DNA of 64,000 bases from Candidatus Limnocylindrus sp. (lineage in GTDB: Bacteria > Chloroflexota > Limnocylindria > Limnocylindrales > Limnocylindraceae): assembly GCA_040397175.1 (NCBI GenBank), contig JBBAWM010000003.1, positions 1 to 64,000 of the forward strand, read 5' to 3'. The position numbers and the translations under genes were made by a program. Shown here piece by piece: positions 38,478 through 49,012 of this stretch; position 1 is the stretch's first letter; every line of letters starts with the position of its first letter. The notes under the pieces are model-generated. The model made no database searches. It was not told where the DNA came from and saw nothing but the letters and a program-made list of their open reading frames with translations.

Positions 38478-39806
38478 CTACGACTGCGGCCGCGCGCTCC
38501 CATCGCCGAGGCGAAGCACGAGCGAGCGATCGTGCGGGAAGCGCGACGAGGCGTTGACGGTATCTACCACCAGCCGCTTACTGGCGAAGAGCTCGCCAAG
38601 TTCCAGTGCTTTGTGCGGAGTTACGACAACGGCGAGATCGGCCCACGCGATTGCCGCAGTGAGCGTGTCGATGCGCTCAACGGCGACGCCCTTGGCGTCG
38701 GTGAACTTCATGACGTGCGGGTCAACGAATCGCACCTCGGCCCCCTCGCCGCGAAGCAGGTGCACAACGTCGGCGGCGGGCGAGTTCCTTGCATCGCGTA
38801 CGTCTGGCTTAAACGAGACACCAACTACGATGATCTTGCTTCCGTTCACAGAGCGCTTCGCCTCGTTGAGGAGTCGCCCACAGAGCTCAAGAACGTGGCG
38901 CGGCATGGCGAGGTTGATATCGGCGGCAAGTTCGACGAAACGGTCGACGAAGTCGAACTGTCGAGCGCGCCACGACAGGTAATACGGGTCAACCGGAATG
39001 CAGTGGCCGCCAACGCCAGGGCCTGGCGTGAACTTCATATAGCCGAAGGGTTTGGTCGCGGCGGCATCGATCACTTGCCAGACATCGAGCCCCATGCGCT
39101 CGCAGAGCAGCGCGAGCTGATTCACGAGCGCAATGTTCACGTTGCGGAAGGTGTTCTCTAGGAGCTTTGCAAGTTCGGCGTGGTCTGGGCTTGGGAGTGA
39201 GACCACGTGATCATTGATGCGCCCGAGCAGCGCTGCTGCGCGAGCCGTACCGCCCTCGGTTGTTGCCCCAACAAGTCGTGGGGTGGTGCGGGCGGCGCTC
39301 TCTGGATCGCCCGGGTTAACACGCTCTGGCGCGAAGGCGAGATCAAAGTCGACCCCGGCAGTAAGGCCACTCTTCTCGAGCGCCTCGCGGAACGGGCCCG
39401 TGGTAGTTCCTGGAAAGGTCGTGCTCTGCAAGATGATGAGCTGGCCCTTCTTGAGCCCCTGCGCCACCGTGCCAGCGGCCGAAAGAACTGGCCCAAGATC
39501 TGGATCCTTGCTTGCGGTGACGGGGGTGGGCACGCAGACAAACACGGCGTCGGCCTCGCCGATCTCTGGCCCGCCCGGGGCCACGACGGTGAACCCTGCG
39601 GCGAGCGCGCTCTTGAGGCGCGCGTCGGAGATGTCGTCGATTGGGCTTGTGCCAGCATTGAGCTCGGCAACCCGGCCGGCAAACGCGTCAATGCCCGAAA
39701 CCTTCAGCCCTGCATCGTGGAACGAGAGTGCGAGGGGGAGGCCGACATAGCCGAGGCCAACGATCACGACGCGCATATCAGCCTGAGATCCAACTGCATT
39801 GCTCAT
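38478..39806 (-). CDS. Nucleotide sugar dehydrogenase (UDP-GlcNAc/ManNAc 6-dehydrogenase, WbpA/WecC-like)
   Basis: GLGYVGLP, CVPTP, PERVNPG, KLLENTFRNVNIA, GVGGHCIPVDP. Confidence 0.92.
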   Translation of the reverse strand: MSNAVGSQADMRVVIVGLGYVGLPLALSFHDAGLKVSGIDAFAGRVAELNAGTSPIDDISDARLKSALAAGFTVVAPGGPEIGEADAVFVCVPTPVTASKDPDLGPVLSAAGTVAQGLKKGQLIILQSTTFPGTTTGPFREALEKSGLTAGVDFDLAFAPERVNPGDPESAARTTPRLVGATTEGGTARAAALLGRINDHVVSLPSPDHAELAKLLENTFRNVNIALVNQLALLCERMGLDVWQVIDAAATKPFGYMKFTPGPGVGGHCIPVDPYYLSWRARQFDFVDRFVELAADINLAMPRHVLELCGRLLNEAKRSVNGSKIIVVGVSFKPDVRDARNSPAADVVHLLRGEGAEVRFVDPHVMKFTDAKGVAVERIDTLTAAIAWADLAVVVTPHKALELGELFASKRLVVDTVNASSRFPHDRSLVLRLGDGSARPQS

Positions 39807-39845
39807 GCCGAAAATATAACAGGGTCGTCCTATACAATCCTGGTC

Positions 39846-41867
39846 ATGACCAAACAACGGTCTCTCGGACTCGATGGGCTGAGAGGAATTGCAGTCGCGT
39901 CTGTCGTCGTCGGGCATGCCTGGCCACAGCTACTCCCTGGCGGATTTACGGGTGTCGATATGTTCTTTGTCCTCTCTGGATTCCTCATCACCACCCAACT
40001 CTTCGCTGAGCATCACCAGTTTGGAACCATCGACATTGGAAGGTTCTATGCGCGAAGAATCAAGCGAATATTCCCCGCCTCGCTGCTGGTGATCTCAATC
40101 GCTGGAATCGCATGGGCGCTGCTGTATGGGCCTGGCCTCTCTCAGGAGGTCCGCACCGGCCTCTCTGCAGCGGCGGCCTCTCTCTCAAACATCTATTTTC
40201 GGGCTGCCTCGCTCGACTACTTCAACACCAGTTCAGGCTCGTCACCAATATTGCATTACTGGTCCCTTGGTGTTGAGGAGCAGTTCTATCTACTCTTCCC
40301 CATTATCCTGCTGCTCTTACAGAGAGTTGCGCAGAGGCGAGCGGGCTCTCCCTCGCTCCTCAAGCTCACCGGCGCAACCCTTGCGGCAGTGACCGTGGTC
40401 TCATTTGTCGCCATGGCCCTCTCGACCCCAACATCGGCCTTCTACCTCCCATGGTTCAGGGCGTGGGAGTTTGGCGCTGGGGGGCTGCTTGCCTACTATT
40501 TCGCTTCACGGCTACGGGCAGCGCCGTGGCTGCGACCATCGATCCGCATCATTCTGATGCTCGTTGGCTCGGCGGGTTTGGTGGTCGGATTCTTCTACGC
40601 AGGCAGGCTGATCCGCTGGCCAGGTGTTGAAACAGCGATTCCCGTCATCTCAACATGCCTTTTGATCTTCGCCCTCTCGCACGCGGAATCCGCGCGAACC
40701 ATCTTCTCGAACGCACTCCTGCGATTCTTAGGGAGGATCTCCTTCGCCCTCTACTTGTGGCATTGGCTCCTGCTCGGAATCGCCGACAGCATCTCGATGC
40801 CAAATAGCCGAAGCGACGCGGCGACCGCCCTTGCAGTTGGAGCAGCGCTCATACTCGCGACCATCAGCACCATCTCTCTCGAAGAACCGATTCGAAACAT
40901 TCGGATCGATACCTTGCACCGGACCCGCTGGGTGCTCATCAGTGGCATTGCCGCGGCGGTACTTGTTGTTGTGGGAGCTAGCATCGGGCTACCGATATTG
41001 GCCAGCGTAGCGGGTGGCAATAGCTCGTTGGCATCTTCGCTTTCGCACGTGCGCAAAGACTTCGTCAAGCTTCGACATGAACCTGGGTACTTTACTAAGA
41101 CAGCACCATTCCGAAGTGATTATGTGCCGTGTGAATACGGTGCGGCGGCAGTTGGCGCAGGTGAGCGCGGTTCATGCACCGCCCCCGATTTACCCAAGGT
41201 CGTCTTACTGGGAGATAGTCACGCTCTAGCGTGGTTCCCACCAGTGAATCAGTGGGCCAGGGAGCACGGTTACGCACTAATCGTACTTGGGCGATCATCA
41301 TGTAGCCCCTTCAATATTGCACCAACGCCGGTGAACGGCTCTGCGGTGTGCACGAGGTGGGCGAACGAGGTGTGGGAGCGCATTGCCACGATAAGACCAG
41401 CGCTCCTCATCGTGGCATCGTCAAATGGTTCAAAGATCGCCGTCGGTGAAACCTACTCGTTGCCAGTGACAGGGGCGCGGGATTGGATGAGTGGCGCCAT
41501 AGAGACGTTGGTGCAGGCAAGGTCGCACGCAGGGCGCGTTGTGTTGCTCAGTGATGTGCCGCGAGCACGATTTGACATTCCAGATTGCATCGCACTACAT
41601 CGATTCGATACCAGTGCGTGTACGGTGCCCATTGGCGACACCCTGCCAGCACTTTATATCGCGAATCTCGAGGAGGTAGCCGCCGCTGCCGGTGTATCTT
41701 CCTGGGATCCTTCCGAGTACATCTGCCCAGATGGGCTCTGCACCTGGTTGCAGGGGAGCACCATTATGTACATAGATAACAACCATCTCTCGGCAACATT
41801 CGCCGCTACCCTAGGGACGCCACTCGGGAAGGTGCTCGACGAGATCTTGTCGCCGCCCTCGCCGTAG
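39846..41867 (+). CDS. O-acyltransferase, AT3 + SGNH domains (OafA/OatA-like)
   Basis: LDGLRGIA, GVDMFFVLSGF, HYWSLGVEEQFY, GDSHA, DNNH. Confidence 0.9.
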   Translation: MTKQRSLGLDGLRGIAVASVVVGHAWPQLLPGGFTGVDMFFVLSGFLITTQLFAEHHQFGTIDIGRFYARRIKRIFPASLLVISIAGIAWALLYGPGLSQEVRTGLSAAAASLSNIYFRAASLDYFNTSSGSSPILHYWSLGVEEQFYLLFPIILLLLQRVAQRRAGSPSLLKLTGATLAAVTVVSFVAMALSTPTSAFYLPWFRAWEFGAGGLLAYYFASRLRAAPWLRPSIRIILMLVGSAGLVVGFFYAGRLIRWPGVETAIPVISTCLLIFALSHAESARTIFSNALLRFLGRISFALYLWHWLLLGIADSISMPNSRSDAATALAVGAALILATISTISLEEPIRNIRIDTLHRTRWVLISGIAAAVLVVVGASIGLPILASVAGGNSSLASSLSHVRKDFVKLRHEPGYFTKTAPFRSDYVPCEYGAAAVGAGERGSCTAPDLPKVVLLGDSHALAWFPPVNQWAREHGYALIVLGRSSCSPFNIAPTPVNGSAVCTRWANEVWERIATIRPALLIVASSNGSKIAVGETYSLPVTGARDWMSGAIETLVQARSHAGRVVLLSDVPRARFDIPDCIALHRFDTSACTVPIGDTLPALYIANLEEVAAAAGVSSWDPSEYICPDGLCTWLQGSTIMYIDNNHLSATFAATLGTPLGKVLDEILSPPSP

Positions 41868-41894
41868 CGGTATCCCATCCCGTACACTCCCCCA

Positions 41895-42875
41895 ATGGAC
41901 CGCCGCAAGATCTTGCTCGACGCCGACGTGGGGATCGATGACGCGATCGCCATGCTCCACCTTGCTGGGCGCAGCGACGTTGAGTTGATTGCCGTCGGGA
42001 GCGTGCACGGCAACGTTCCTTCAGATCTCGGTGCCGCAAATGCCCGCCGTCTCCTTGAGCTCTGCGGCCTCGACGACGTACCGGTTGCCATCGGCGCTCG
42101 TCGGCCGATGGCCCAGCCACTCGCCACCGCCGAATGGGTGCATGGTGAAGACGGCCTCGGCAAAACCAACCAGCCCGCACCAAAGCGCGGGCCCGTTGCT
42201 GAAGATGCGGTCTCGCAGATCTTGCGCCTCACGCGCGAGATGCCCGGAGAGATTGATCTGCTCGCCGTTGGCCCACTCACCAACCTCGGCCTCGCCCTCT
42301 GCCTTGAGCCAGAGCTCGCTGGGCGCGTGCGCTCCGTTGTGGTGATGGGTGGCGCAATCGCCCACGAGGGGAACGCCTCGGCTACCGCTGAGGCCAACAT
42401 TTGGCACGATCCCGAGGCGGCAAACCTTGTCTTCGGCGCGGAGTGGCCAGTCACCATGGTCGGCCTCGATGTGACGCAGGTCACGCGACTCCGAACCAAG
42501 GAGCTTGCCGACATCGAGGCCCTCGGATCGGTGCGCTCGAAGTTCGCCCTCAAGGTGTTGAGCCACTACCTCGACGTCTATCAGCGAACGTTCGGCACGC
42601 GCGAGTGCCCACTGCATGACCCGTTGGCCGCCGGCATCGTGGCTGATCCAACCTATATGACCGAGTGGCTTGATCGTGCTGTTGAGGTGAACACCACCGG
42701 CCCAACGCGCGGCGCAACAATCATTGACCGACGTGCCTGGATGGCCCCAGCGGCCGACGCTCGCGAGACACGAGAGCGCAACGGCGGCAAAGATGCCACG
42801 CCGCCCCTGGTACGAGTACCAATGAAAGTTGATGGTCCGCGCTTTGTCGCCGACCTCATTGCCTCGCTGAAGTGA
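41895..42875 (+). CDS. Inosine/uridine-preferring nucleoside hydrolase
   Basis: DADVGIDDA, HGEDGLG, GPLTN, AEANIWHDPEAA, LHDP. Confidence 0.93.
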   Translation: MDRRKILLDADVGIDDAIAMLHLAGRSDVELIAVGSVHGNVPSDLGAANARRLLELCGLDDVPVAIGARRPMAQPLATAEWVHGEDGLGKTNQPAPKRGPVAEDAVSQILRLTREMPGEIDLLAVGPLTNLGLALCLEPELAGRVRSVVVMGGAIAHEGNASATAEANIWHDPEAANLVFGAEWPVTMVGLDVTQVTRLRTKELADIEALGSVRSKFALKVLSHYLDVYQRTFGTRECPLHDPLAAGIVADPTYMTEWLDRAVEVNTTGPTRGATIIDRRAWMAPAADARETRERNGGKDATPPLVRVPMKVDGPRFVADLIASLK

Positions 42876-44386
42876 CAGTGAGCGCGCCGATGGTCGCGGC
42901 AGCGGTGCCGCGCCCAGCACGGACGCTAGTTCTCGGTTGTGGCTCCATCGGCCAGGCGATTGTGCCGCTGATGATCCGCGACCTTGGGTTTGATCCGCAC
43001 TCCATCCGTGTCGTAGAGATGGCCGATACACGACACCGCATCGCCGACTCCATTACGGCAGGAGTGACCTATGAGCAGGCTGCCATCACCCGCGAAAACC
43101 TCGCCAGCTTCCTGGCTGAGAGATTGTCTAGTGGAGACCTGCTACTTGACCTGGCGTGGAATATTGATGCAAACACCATCATTGGTTGGTGTCGTGCCGC
43201 TGGCGTGCGCTACTTGAACACCAGCGTTGAGGTGTGGGAGCCGTACACCGACATTGCAGAGCAGGAGCCAACCTCGCGGACGCTCTACGCCCGTCACATG
43301 GCGATGCGCGAGATGATCCGAAAATGGGGTGACAACGGCGGCCCGAGCGCGATCGTGGAGCACGGTGCGAATCCAGGCTGGGTCAGTCATGAGGTGAAAT
43401 TTGCACTTGAGGAGCTTGGTGCGGAACTCCTCAAGCGTGGCCTCGTTTCAGGCTCCACGCGCGATGCCCTTACCCAGGCGTTGACCGCGGGTGACCATGC
43501 GCGCATAGCAGAAGCTGCTGGTGTCAAGGTGATTCAGATTGCAGAGCGGGATACGCAGCACACCGATCGACCAAAAGAGGTCGGTGAGTTTGTGAACACC
43601 TGGTCGGGTGAAGGGTTCTACGAAGAGGGGGTCGCGCCAGCGGAGATCGGGTGGGGAACGCACGAGAAGACACTTCCACCGCGCGGCCTTGCCCATGCCG
43701 ACGGTGGGCCACGTAACCAGATTCTGATTCAGCGTGCTGGCATGGAAACACTGGTGCGCACCTGGGTCCCCGGAGCAGATCCGGCTCGTGCTGCCGAACA
43801 GGGGCTACCCACAATCGGCATGCTGATTCGTCACGGTGAGGCGTTCACCATGAGTGACTGGTTGACGGTTCGCGGTGCAGATGGAAGTGCGCAGTATCGA
43901 CCCACGGTGTACTACGCCTATTGCCCATCAGACTCTGCCATCGCCTCTGTGCACGAGCTGCGTGGCAACAATTGGAAGCACCCAGAGCGATTCCGCCTTC
44001 TGAACAACGAGATCATTCGTGGCGAAGATCGCCTTGGCGTTCTACTGCTCGGCCACCCACTCAAAGCGTGGTGGAGCGGTTCTCTCTTAGGGATTGATGA
44101 GGCGCGCTTGAACTTGGCAGGGCATTCTGCCACCACCCTGCAGGTTGCAGGTTCGGTAGCTGCTGCTGTTGCATGGCTCCTGCGACATCCGAACGAGGGG
44201 CTACGAGTCCCTGACGAACTGCCGCATAACGAGCTTTTGGCAGACATTCGTCGCTACATAGGCACCCGCTGGTCAGGCCCAGTGGACTGGACGCCGCTCC
44301 AGGACCGCCTTGAGCTCTTCCCAGACCCTGCGAAGCCGCTCTCGACTGATCCGTGGCAGTTCGAGGCGTTCCTCGTCGCCGACTAA
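42872..44386 (+). CDS. hss: Homospermidine synthase
   Basis: GCGSIG, YLNTSVEVW, HGANPG, ERDTQ, NTWS.EG, HGEA, YRPTVYYAY, ATTLQV, DPWQF. Confidence 0.88.
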   Translation: MTVSAPMVAAAVPRPARTLVLGCGSIGQAIVPLMIRDLGFDPHSIRVVEMADTRHRIADSITAGVTYEQAAITRENLASFLAERLSSGDLLLDLAWNIDANTIIGWCRAAGVRYLNTSVEVWEPYTDIAEQEPTSRTLYARHMAMREMIRKWGDNGGPSAIVEHGANPGWVSHEVKFALEELGAELLKRGLVSGSTRDALTQALTAGDHARIAEAAGVKVIQIAERDTQHTDRPKEVGEFVNTWSGEGFYEEGVAPAEIGWGTHEKTLPPRGLAHADGGPRNQILIQRAGMETLVRTWVPGADPARAAEQGLPTIGMLIRHGEAFTMSDWLTVRGADGSAQYRPTVYYAYCPSDSAIASVHELRGNNWKHPERFRLLNNEIIRGEDRLGVLLLGHPLKAWWSGSLLGIDEARLNLAGHSATTLQVAGSVAAAVAWLLRHPNEGLRVPDELPHNELLADIRRYIGTRWSGPVDWTPLQDRLELFPDPAKPLSTDPWQFEAFLVAD

Positions 44387-44438
44387 GGGTCCCGCACGTG
44401 CCACGCTGCTGGCACGCCAACCTGCCACACTGAAGAAC

Positions 44439-45383
44439 ATGAAGAAACCTCAGCGCACACCCTGGCTCGCGGCTGCAGCACTGGTCGCCCTGATCGCTGG
44501 CTCCGCTGCCGCACCGCGAACGTTTGGCTGGGGCACTGGCCCGGTCGCCGCAGCTGACGAAGACCCGATCGAAGGGGATCGGATCGCTGACGAGAGCACC
44601 GATCCCGGCGAGAGCCTGGCGCCAGATGAGAGTGTCGATCCTGACGCCTCCGCTCCTATTGAGGGAGAGCCAGAGCCTGACCCAGGGCAAGACCCGGGCG
44701 ACGGGACAACTCCAGATGTATCCGTAGATCCTGACGCCACCGATGGCGAAGGTGGCGATATCGAGGTATCTCCAAGCGATGAGCCAGCAGCACCAACGCC
44801 ACCCGTACTCACACTCGGCGATCTGCTCGCTGCTGCGACCACGAGCACACCCTTTGATGCCGAGCTTGCGCTGCAGATCCTGCAGGGCTATGCGCCAACG
44901 GGTGCGCGGGCGATCGAAGTCGCAGATCGACAAACGTTCCGGAACGTACGCACCTACACGCTCCGGGAGGTGCGCAGCTGGTCACGCCTTCCGCAACTGG
45001 GCACGTCAAGCACAACGGTCTGGATGCGCTTCGTTGGTGGGTCAGAGCGAACGCCGTTCGCCGTTGCCGCCGGTCGTGACCGTAGCGATCCACGGATCAG
45101 CAGCGTCCGAGTACGCAAAGGTTGGGCATCGCATGGAAACCCACCGCCATATCTCTTATCAATTATTGGAAGCGATACGGGCACCGGCACCGTTGCTATC
45201 GAGGTGCGCGTTGGTTATGAGAAGCCACTCAGGTTTGCAGCTGGTGATGGGATTGAGATCGGCCCTTTCATGAAAACCACAAGTGGGAAGGTTGTCTTGT
45301 TGATGCGTGGTGTCACCGTTGAGGTGCGCCTGATTGATGCGGCTGGGAATGAGAGTTCCTGGCGCAGAGTGCGCCTCCCCTAG
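44439..45383 (+). CDS. Secreted hypothetical protein with acidic D/E/P-rich linker
   Basis: Signal peptide, low-complexity acidic region, C-terminal IDAAGNES (Ig-like); CACACT-7nt-ATG. Confidence 0.65.
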   Translation: MKKPQRTPWLAAAALVALIAGSAAAPRTFGWGTGPVAAADEDPIEGDRIADESTDPGESLAPDESVDPDASAPIEGEPEPDPGQDPGDGTTPDVSVDPDATDGEGGDIEVSPSDEPAAPTPPVLTLGDLLAAATTSTPFDAELALQILQGYAPTGARAIEVADRQTFRNVRTYTLREVRSWSRLPQLGTSSTTVWMRFVGGSERTPFAVAAGRDRSDPRISSVRVRKGWASHGNPPPYLLSIIGSDTGTGTVAIEVRVGYEKPLRFAAGDGIEIGPFMKTTSGKVVLLMRGVTVEVRLIDAAGNESSWRRVRLP

Positions 45384-46643
45384 CTAGAGAATCGCCCGCC
45401 ACCGCGCTGCTGCGTACGCGGTGGCGATGAGTGCCAACCCGCCCGCCACGATTAGAGCGCCTGTTGCGCCAATGAGTGACACCACCGCGCCTGTGCCGAG
45501 GCCGCCGATCGGCGTGGAGCCCGCGAAGACTGTGGTGTAGACGCTCATCACCCGGCCGCGCAGCGCGGGGGGCGTCGAGGTTTGAATGGAAGCGTTCGCG
45601 GTGGCGGCCATGGCGATGGCACCGAACCCGGCTCCAAAGAGGGCGACACCGGTCGCGGCTGCTGCCCATGCTGCGCCGCTGCCGCTTGTGAAACCCGCAG
45701 CAGCGGAGAGGATTCCGAGCGCTGCCGCTCCACCAATGATCACCACGGTGCGGGGTTTGCGGAGAGCGGCAACCGCGAGCGCCCCGCTCAGTGAGCCGAG
45801 CCCAATTGCGGCCATCAGCAGGCCAAGGCCAGGCGCCCCAATCTGCAGCACGCTGCGGGCGAGCGTTGGGATGATCACGTTGAAATTCATCGCCACGCCA
45901 GAGACCACGCCGATCACAAAAATACACAGCGCGATCAGTGGCGTGCGCGCAACGAATCGAACTCCTTCTGCAAGGCTGATCAGTACGTCGGCAACGGTGC
46001 GCGGACGCGGAGACCGCGGCGCGGGGCGCAGTTCATCGGCACGCATGAAGAGCAGTGCCAGCAGCACGGCAAGGAAACTAGCGCCGTTCACCGCGAAGCA
46101 ACCGGCAACACCGATGACGCCGATCAGTACACCGCCAATCGCTGGCCCAATCACGCGCGCCCCATTGAACATTGCCGAGTTCATCGCTACGGCGCGACCG
46201 ACCTCATCCTCGGGAACCATCTCGCTAAAGAACGATTGCCGAACCGGCATGTCAACGGCGTTGACCACGCCGAGGAGAACGGCCATGAGGATCAGGAGTG
46301 GCAGTGTCATGAGTCCTGTTGCGACCAGCGCTGCCTGGATAATCGCGAGGGCCATCAGGCTGAGTTGTGTTCCCATCAGTGCGCGATGCTTGGGGAGCGC
46401 ATCAGCAAGGACGCCACCAAAGAGTCCGAGGATCATCACGGGGGTGAACTGCGCCGCGGCGATGATGCCGAGCCACGCCGGTTCGTGCGTCAACTCGGTG
46501 ATGTACCAGGCTTGCGCAATGGACTGCATCCAGGTGCCCGCCAGTGAGACAAGTTGCCCGAACCAGAAGAGACGGTAGTTTCGATGCCGAAAGGGGCCGC
46601 GCCACGCAGGAGCAACACGAGACGACCGGCGAGTTGATGGCAT
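45384..46643 (-). CDS. MFS transporter (MFS_3/DUF894)
   Basis: HRNYRLFWFGQLVSLAGTWMQ, GGVLAD, DMPVRQS, LRGRVMS. Confidence 0.9.
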   Translation of the reverse strand: MPSTRRSSRVAPAWRGPFRHRNYRLFWFGQLVSLAGTWMQSIAQAWYITELTHEPAWLGIIAAAQFTPVMILGLFGGVLADALPKHRALMGTQLSLMALAIIQAALVATGLMTLPLLILMAVLLGVVNAVDMPVRQSFFSEMVPEDEVGRAVAMNSAMFNGARVIGPAIGGVLIGVIGVAGCFAVNGASFLAVLLALLFMRADELRPAPRSPRPRTVADVLISLAEGVRFVARTPLIALCIFVIGVVSGVAMNFNVIIPTLARSVLQIGAPGLGLLMAAIGLGSLSGALAVAALRKPRTVVIIGGAAALGILSAAAGFTSGSGAAWAAAATGVALFGAGFGAIAMAATANASIQTSTPPALRGRVMSVYTTVFAGSTPIGGLGTGAVVSLIGATGALIVAGGLALIATAYAAARWRAIL

Positions 46644-46697
46644 ACCGAGAGGCTACACCCGCGCTGCGTTACCCCTCGCTGGGGTCCAGGAGAGGAG

Positions 46698-47813
46698 CTA
46701 GCGGCGCTTGCGGGTTGCCGCTCGCTTGGCCGCTGTGGCGCGCTTCTCTTGGGGCGTGTCGCGGCGAATCGCGGCAACGGCGGCGACGACCGGCAAGGCG
46801 AAGATCGCCCCAAGCACGCCACCCACGAGCCCACCCGCGCTGCCAGCGATGAAGACGGTGGTCCCAGAAAGGCGCAGTACGCCGTTCATCAGTCGCGGAG
46901 CAAGTTGTGTGGCGCACACGAGCCAGCCCACAATGATCACCACGGAGCCCGGAAGTACGTAGGGACCAGCGGCCAAGATCGAGAGTGCGAGTGGCGGCAG
47001 TACTGCGGCGCCCTGACCGATCGACGGAATGGCCATGACAATCCCACCAAGTACAGCTGACAACAGCCCGTCGGCGCCGGCAATGGTTGCACCAACGAAG
47101 ACGATCACCCCGTAGGCAAACCCGAGCGCAACATGGCGGCCAATGAATCGGGCAACGATCGTTTCAAGGATCTTTCGTGAGCGCCCTGCGCGGCGCACTC
47201 GCCCTCGCGTCGCAAGTCGATCAACGGAGTCCAGGTGAGCGGGATTGGCAGAGAGGATGACGCCAATGCCGATGGCCAAAATCAGCGGGCCAAGCGCGCC
47301 AATCGCTCCTGCCGCGACCGCCGCAATATTTGATTGCACCGCGGTCGCAACATCGCGAATGGCCAAGATGACGGTCGTTGCGATCGGAACAAGATCAACG
47401 GTGAGTCCAACCGACGCGAGAAGGGCGCTCAGTCGCTCAACTATGACCCCAACATCTGCCGGGGTTGGCTCGGGCCCAGCGATGATGCCGCCGAGCGAAC
47501 GTGCAAACGCAATCGCAAGCTCAATGGTGATGACGATGACGGGGATGGCGCCAGCGATCCACACGAGGAGCGCCGCGCGCGTGCGCGGCCAGCCACGCGC
47601 GACCAGTCGATCGATCGGCGCGTCGGCAAGTGTTGCGAGGAGCCATCCGCCAGCAATTGCATAGAAGAGCGGTCCCTGGGCTGAGATGACGCTCATCAAC
47701 ACGTCCAGTCCCGCCACGATTGCCACCAGCGCCGCGCTGGCGAGCGCCGCCCAGGCGATGAGGCGAACGGGCTGTGACCACGCGGTGCTCTGAAGGGGAT
47801 TCGGCAGATTCAT
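46698..47813 (-). CDS. AI-2E family transporter
   Basis: TM pattern, IPSIG, LAPRLM, GGVLGAIFALP. Confidence 0.7.
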   Translation of the reverse strand: MNLPNPLQSTAWSQPVRLIAWAALASAALVAIVAGLDVLMSVISAQGPLFYAIAGGWLLATLADAPIDRLVARGWPRTRAALLVWIAGAIPVIVITIELAIAFARSLGGIIAGPEPTPADVGVIVERLSALLASVGLTVDLVPIATTVILAIRDVATAVQSNIAAVAAGAIGALGPLILAIGIGVILSANPAHLDSVDRLATRGRVRRAGRSRKILETIVARFIGRHVALGFAYGVIVFVGATIAGADGLLSAVLGGIVMAIPSIGQGAAVLPPLALSILAAGPYVLPGSVVIIVGWLVCATQLAPRLMNGVLRLSGTTVFIAGSAGGLVGGVLGAIFALPVVAAVAAIRRDTPQEKRATAAKRAATRKRR

Positions 47814-47822
47814 GGCCTGATC

Positions 47823-48977
47823 TTAGTCCACGGCCGCGCGCACGATATCAAGCGGAAGCGCAATAGCCGTGGCGCCTCCGGCGCCGGTCATGGTCTCAGC
47901 GGCAAGGAGTGCGTCAAGAATGGCGGATTCTGTCGCATCGGCTGTCGCCTCGAAGAGTGCGGAGAGGTGCGCATTGACCACCATCGTGACGGTCGCCTCA
48001 ATCGGCTCCTTCGGTTCCAGGTCCTCTGGGGGGAGATGGCCATTGGCCGTACTGAAGCTGAGTACAAGATCACCCGACGAGTGCTCGCCGACGCCACCAA
48101 CGCGCCCAATCCCTATCACGGCGCGCTGCGCTAGACGATCAAGTTGCATGGGGAGAAGCGGGGCATCGGTTGCCACGATCACGATGATGGACCCGGCACC
48201 ACCACGGGGGTCATCGGGCTTCGGCCCGGCGCTAACTTTTGTCTCCCATGGAAGTGGATAGTGCTCGGTGGAGAGTGGACCACCGGGAGCGGCGAGCATC
48301 TTCCCTTGCAGTGTGAATCGGTGACGCCGACCGTGGTTAGCCTGAACGAAAACGCCGATGGTGTAGCCGCCAAGCTCTTTCGGGAGTCGGCGGCTCGAGG
48401 TTCCGTTGCCACCCTTGAAGCCGTGGCAGATCATGCCGGTGCCGCCACCCTGGTTGCCACGTGGCACCGGTGCGCCGCTCGGAAGTGCCGCCGCGGCATC
48501 GAGCGCGAGCTGCGCATGCGCAGCGGTTACGTGGAAACCGTTGACGTCGTTCAGCACACCGTCCCACGTTTCGCCAGCGACGGGGAGGCTCCACGGTGGT
48601 GTGTTTGGCACATGATCGAGTGACCACGCAATCATGGCGTCGTGCACCACACCTACGGAGTGCGTGTTCGTGAGACAGATCGGCGAGGTGAGGAGGCCAG
48701 ACTCACGAATCCATTCCAGCCCAGTGAGTTCTCCGTTGCCATTCAGCCGATGGGTGCCGGCAAAAAGCGGGTGCCCCATTTCAGTGATCGGGCGGGGCAA
48801 GATCGCTGTCACACCGGTGCGGATTGGCCCAACGCCACGCCCGACTGCGCCGTCGCCTGCGATGATGGTGGTCGCAGCAACCCGCACTCCTGCCACGTCG
48901 GTGATGCCGTCAGTTGGGCCAGGGGTGAACCGCCCGATGCGGATCCCGAGGTCGATGGCGCGGAGCGGTCGAGGCAT
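47823..48977 (-). CDS. dmpA: DmpA/P1 family aminopeptidase (peptidase S58)
   Basis: ITDVAGVRV, RTGVT, NGNGELTG, TNTHSVG, GGGTGM, GSIIVIVATDAP, SGD. Confidence 0.9.
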   Translation of the reverse strand: MPRPLRAIDLGIRIGRFTPGPTDGITDVAGVRVAATTIIAGDGAVGRGVGPIRTGVTAILPRPITEMGHPLFAGTHRLNGNGELTGLEWIRESGLLTSPICLTNTHSVGVVHDAMIAWSLDHVPNTPPWSLPVAGETWDGVLNDVNGFHVTAAHAQLALDAAAALPSGAPVPRGNQGGGTGMICHGFKGGNGTSSRRLPKELGGYTIGVFVQANHGRRHRFTLQGKMLAAPGGPLSTEHYPLPWETKVSAGPKPDDPRGGAGSIIVIVATDAPLLPMQLDRLAQRAVIGIGRVGGVGEHSSGDLVLSFSTANGHLPPEDLEPKEPIEATVTMVVNAHLSALFEATADATESAILDALLAAETMTGAGGATAIALPLDIVRAAVD

Positions 48978-49012
48978 AGGGGTAGTGTGCCATCCCCCAC
49001 TACACTCTCCCT

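Noticed and set aside
39207-39845. Long N-terminal extension of the AT3 acyltransferase in the ORF track (886 aa)
   Set aside because: It overlaps the antisense sugar dehydrogenase; the family motif and TACAAT-7nt-ATG place the start at 39846
45586-46578. Long antisense ORFs (for example 330 aa opposite the MFS gene, and many similar ones)
   Set aside because: Shadow frames expected in GC-rich coding DNA; no recognisable motifs or start signals
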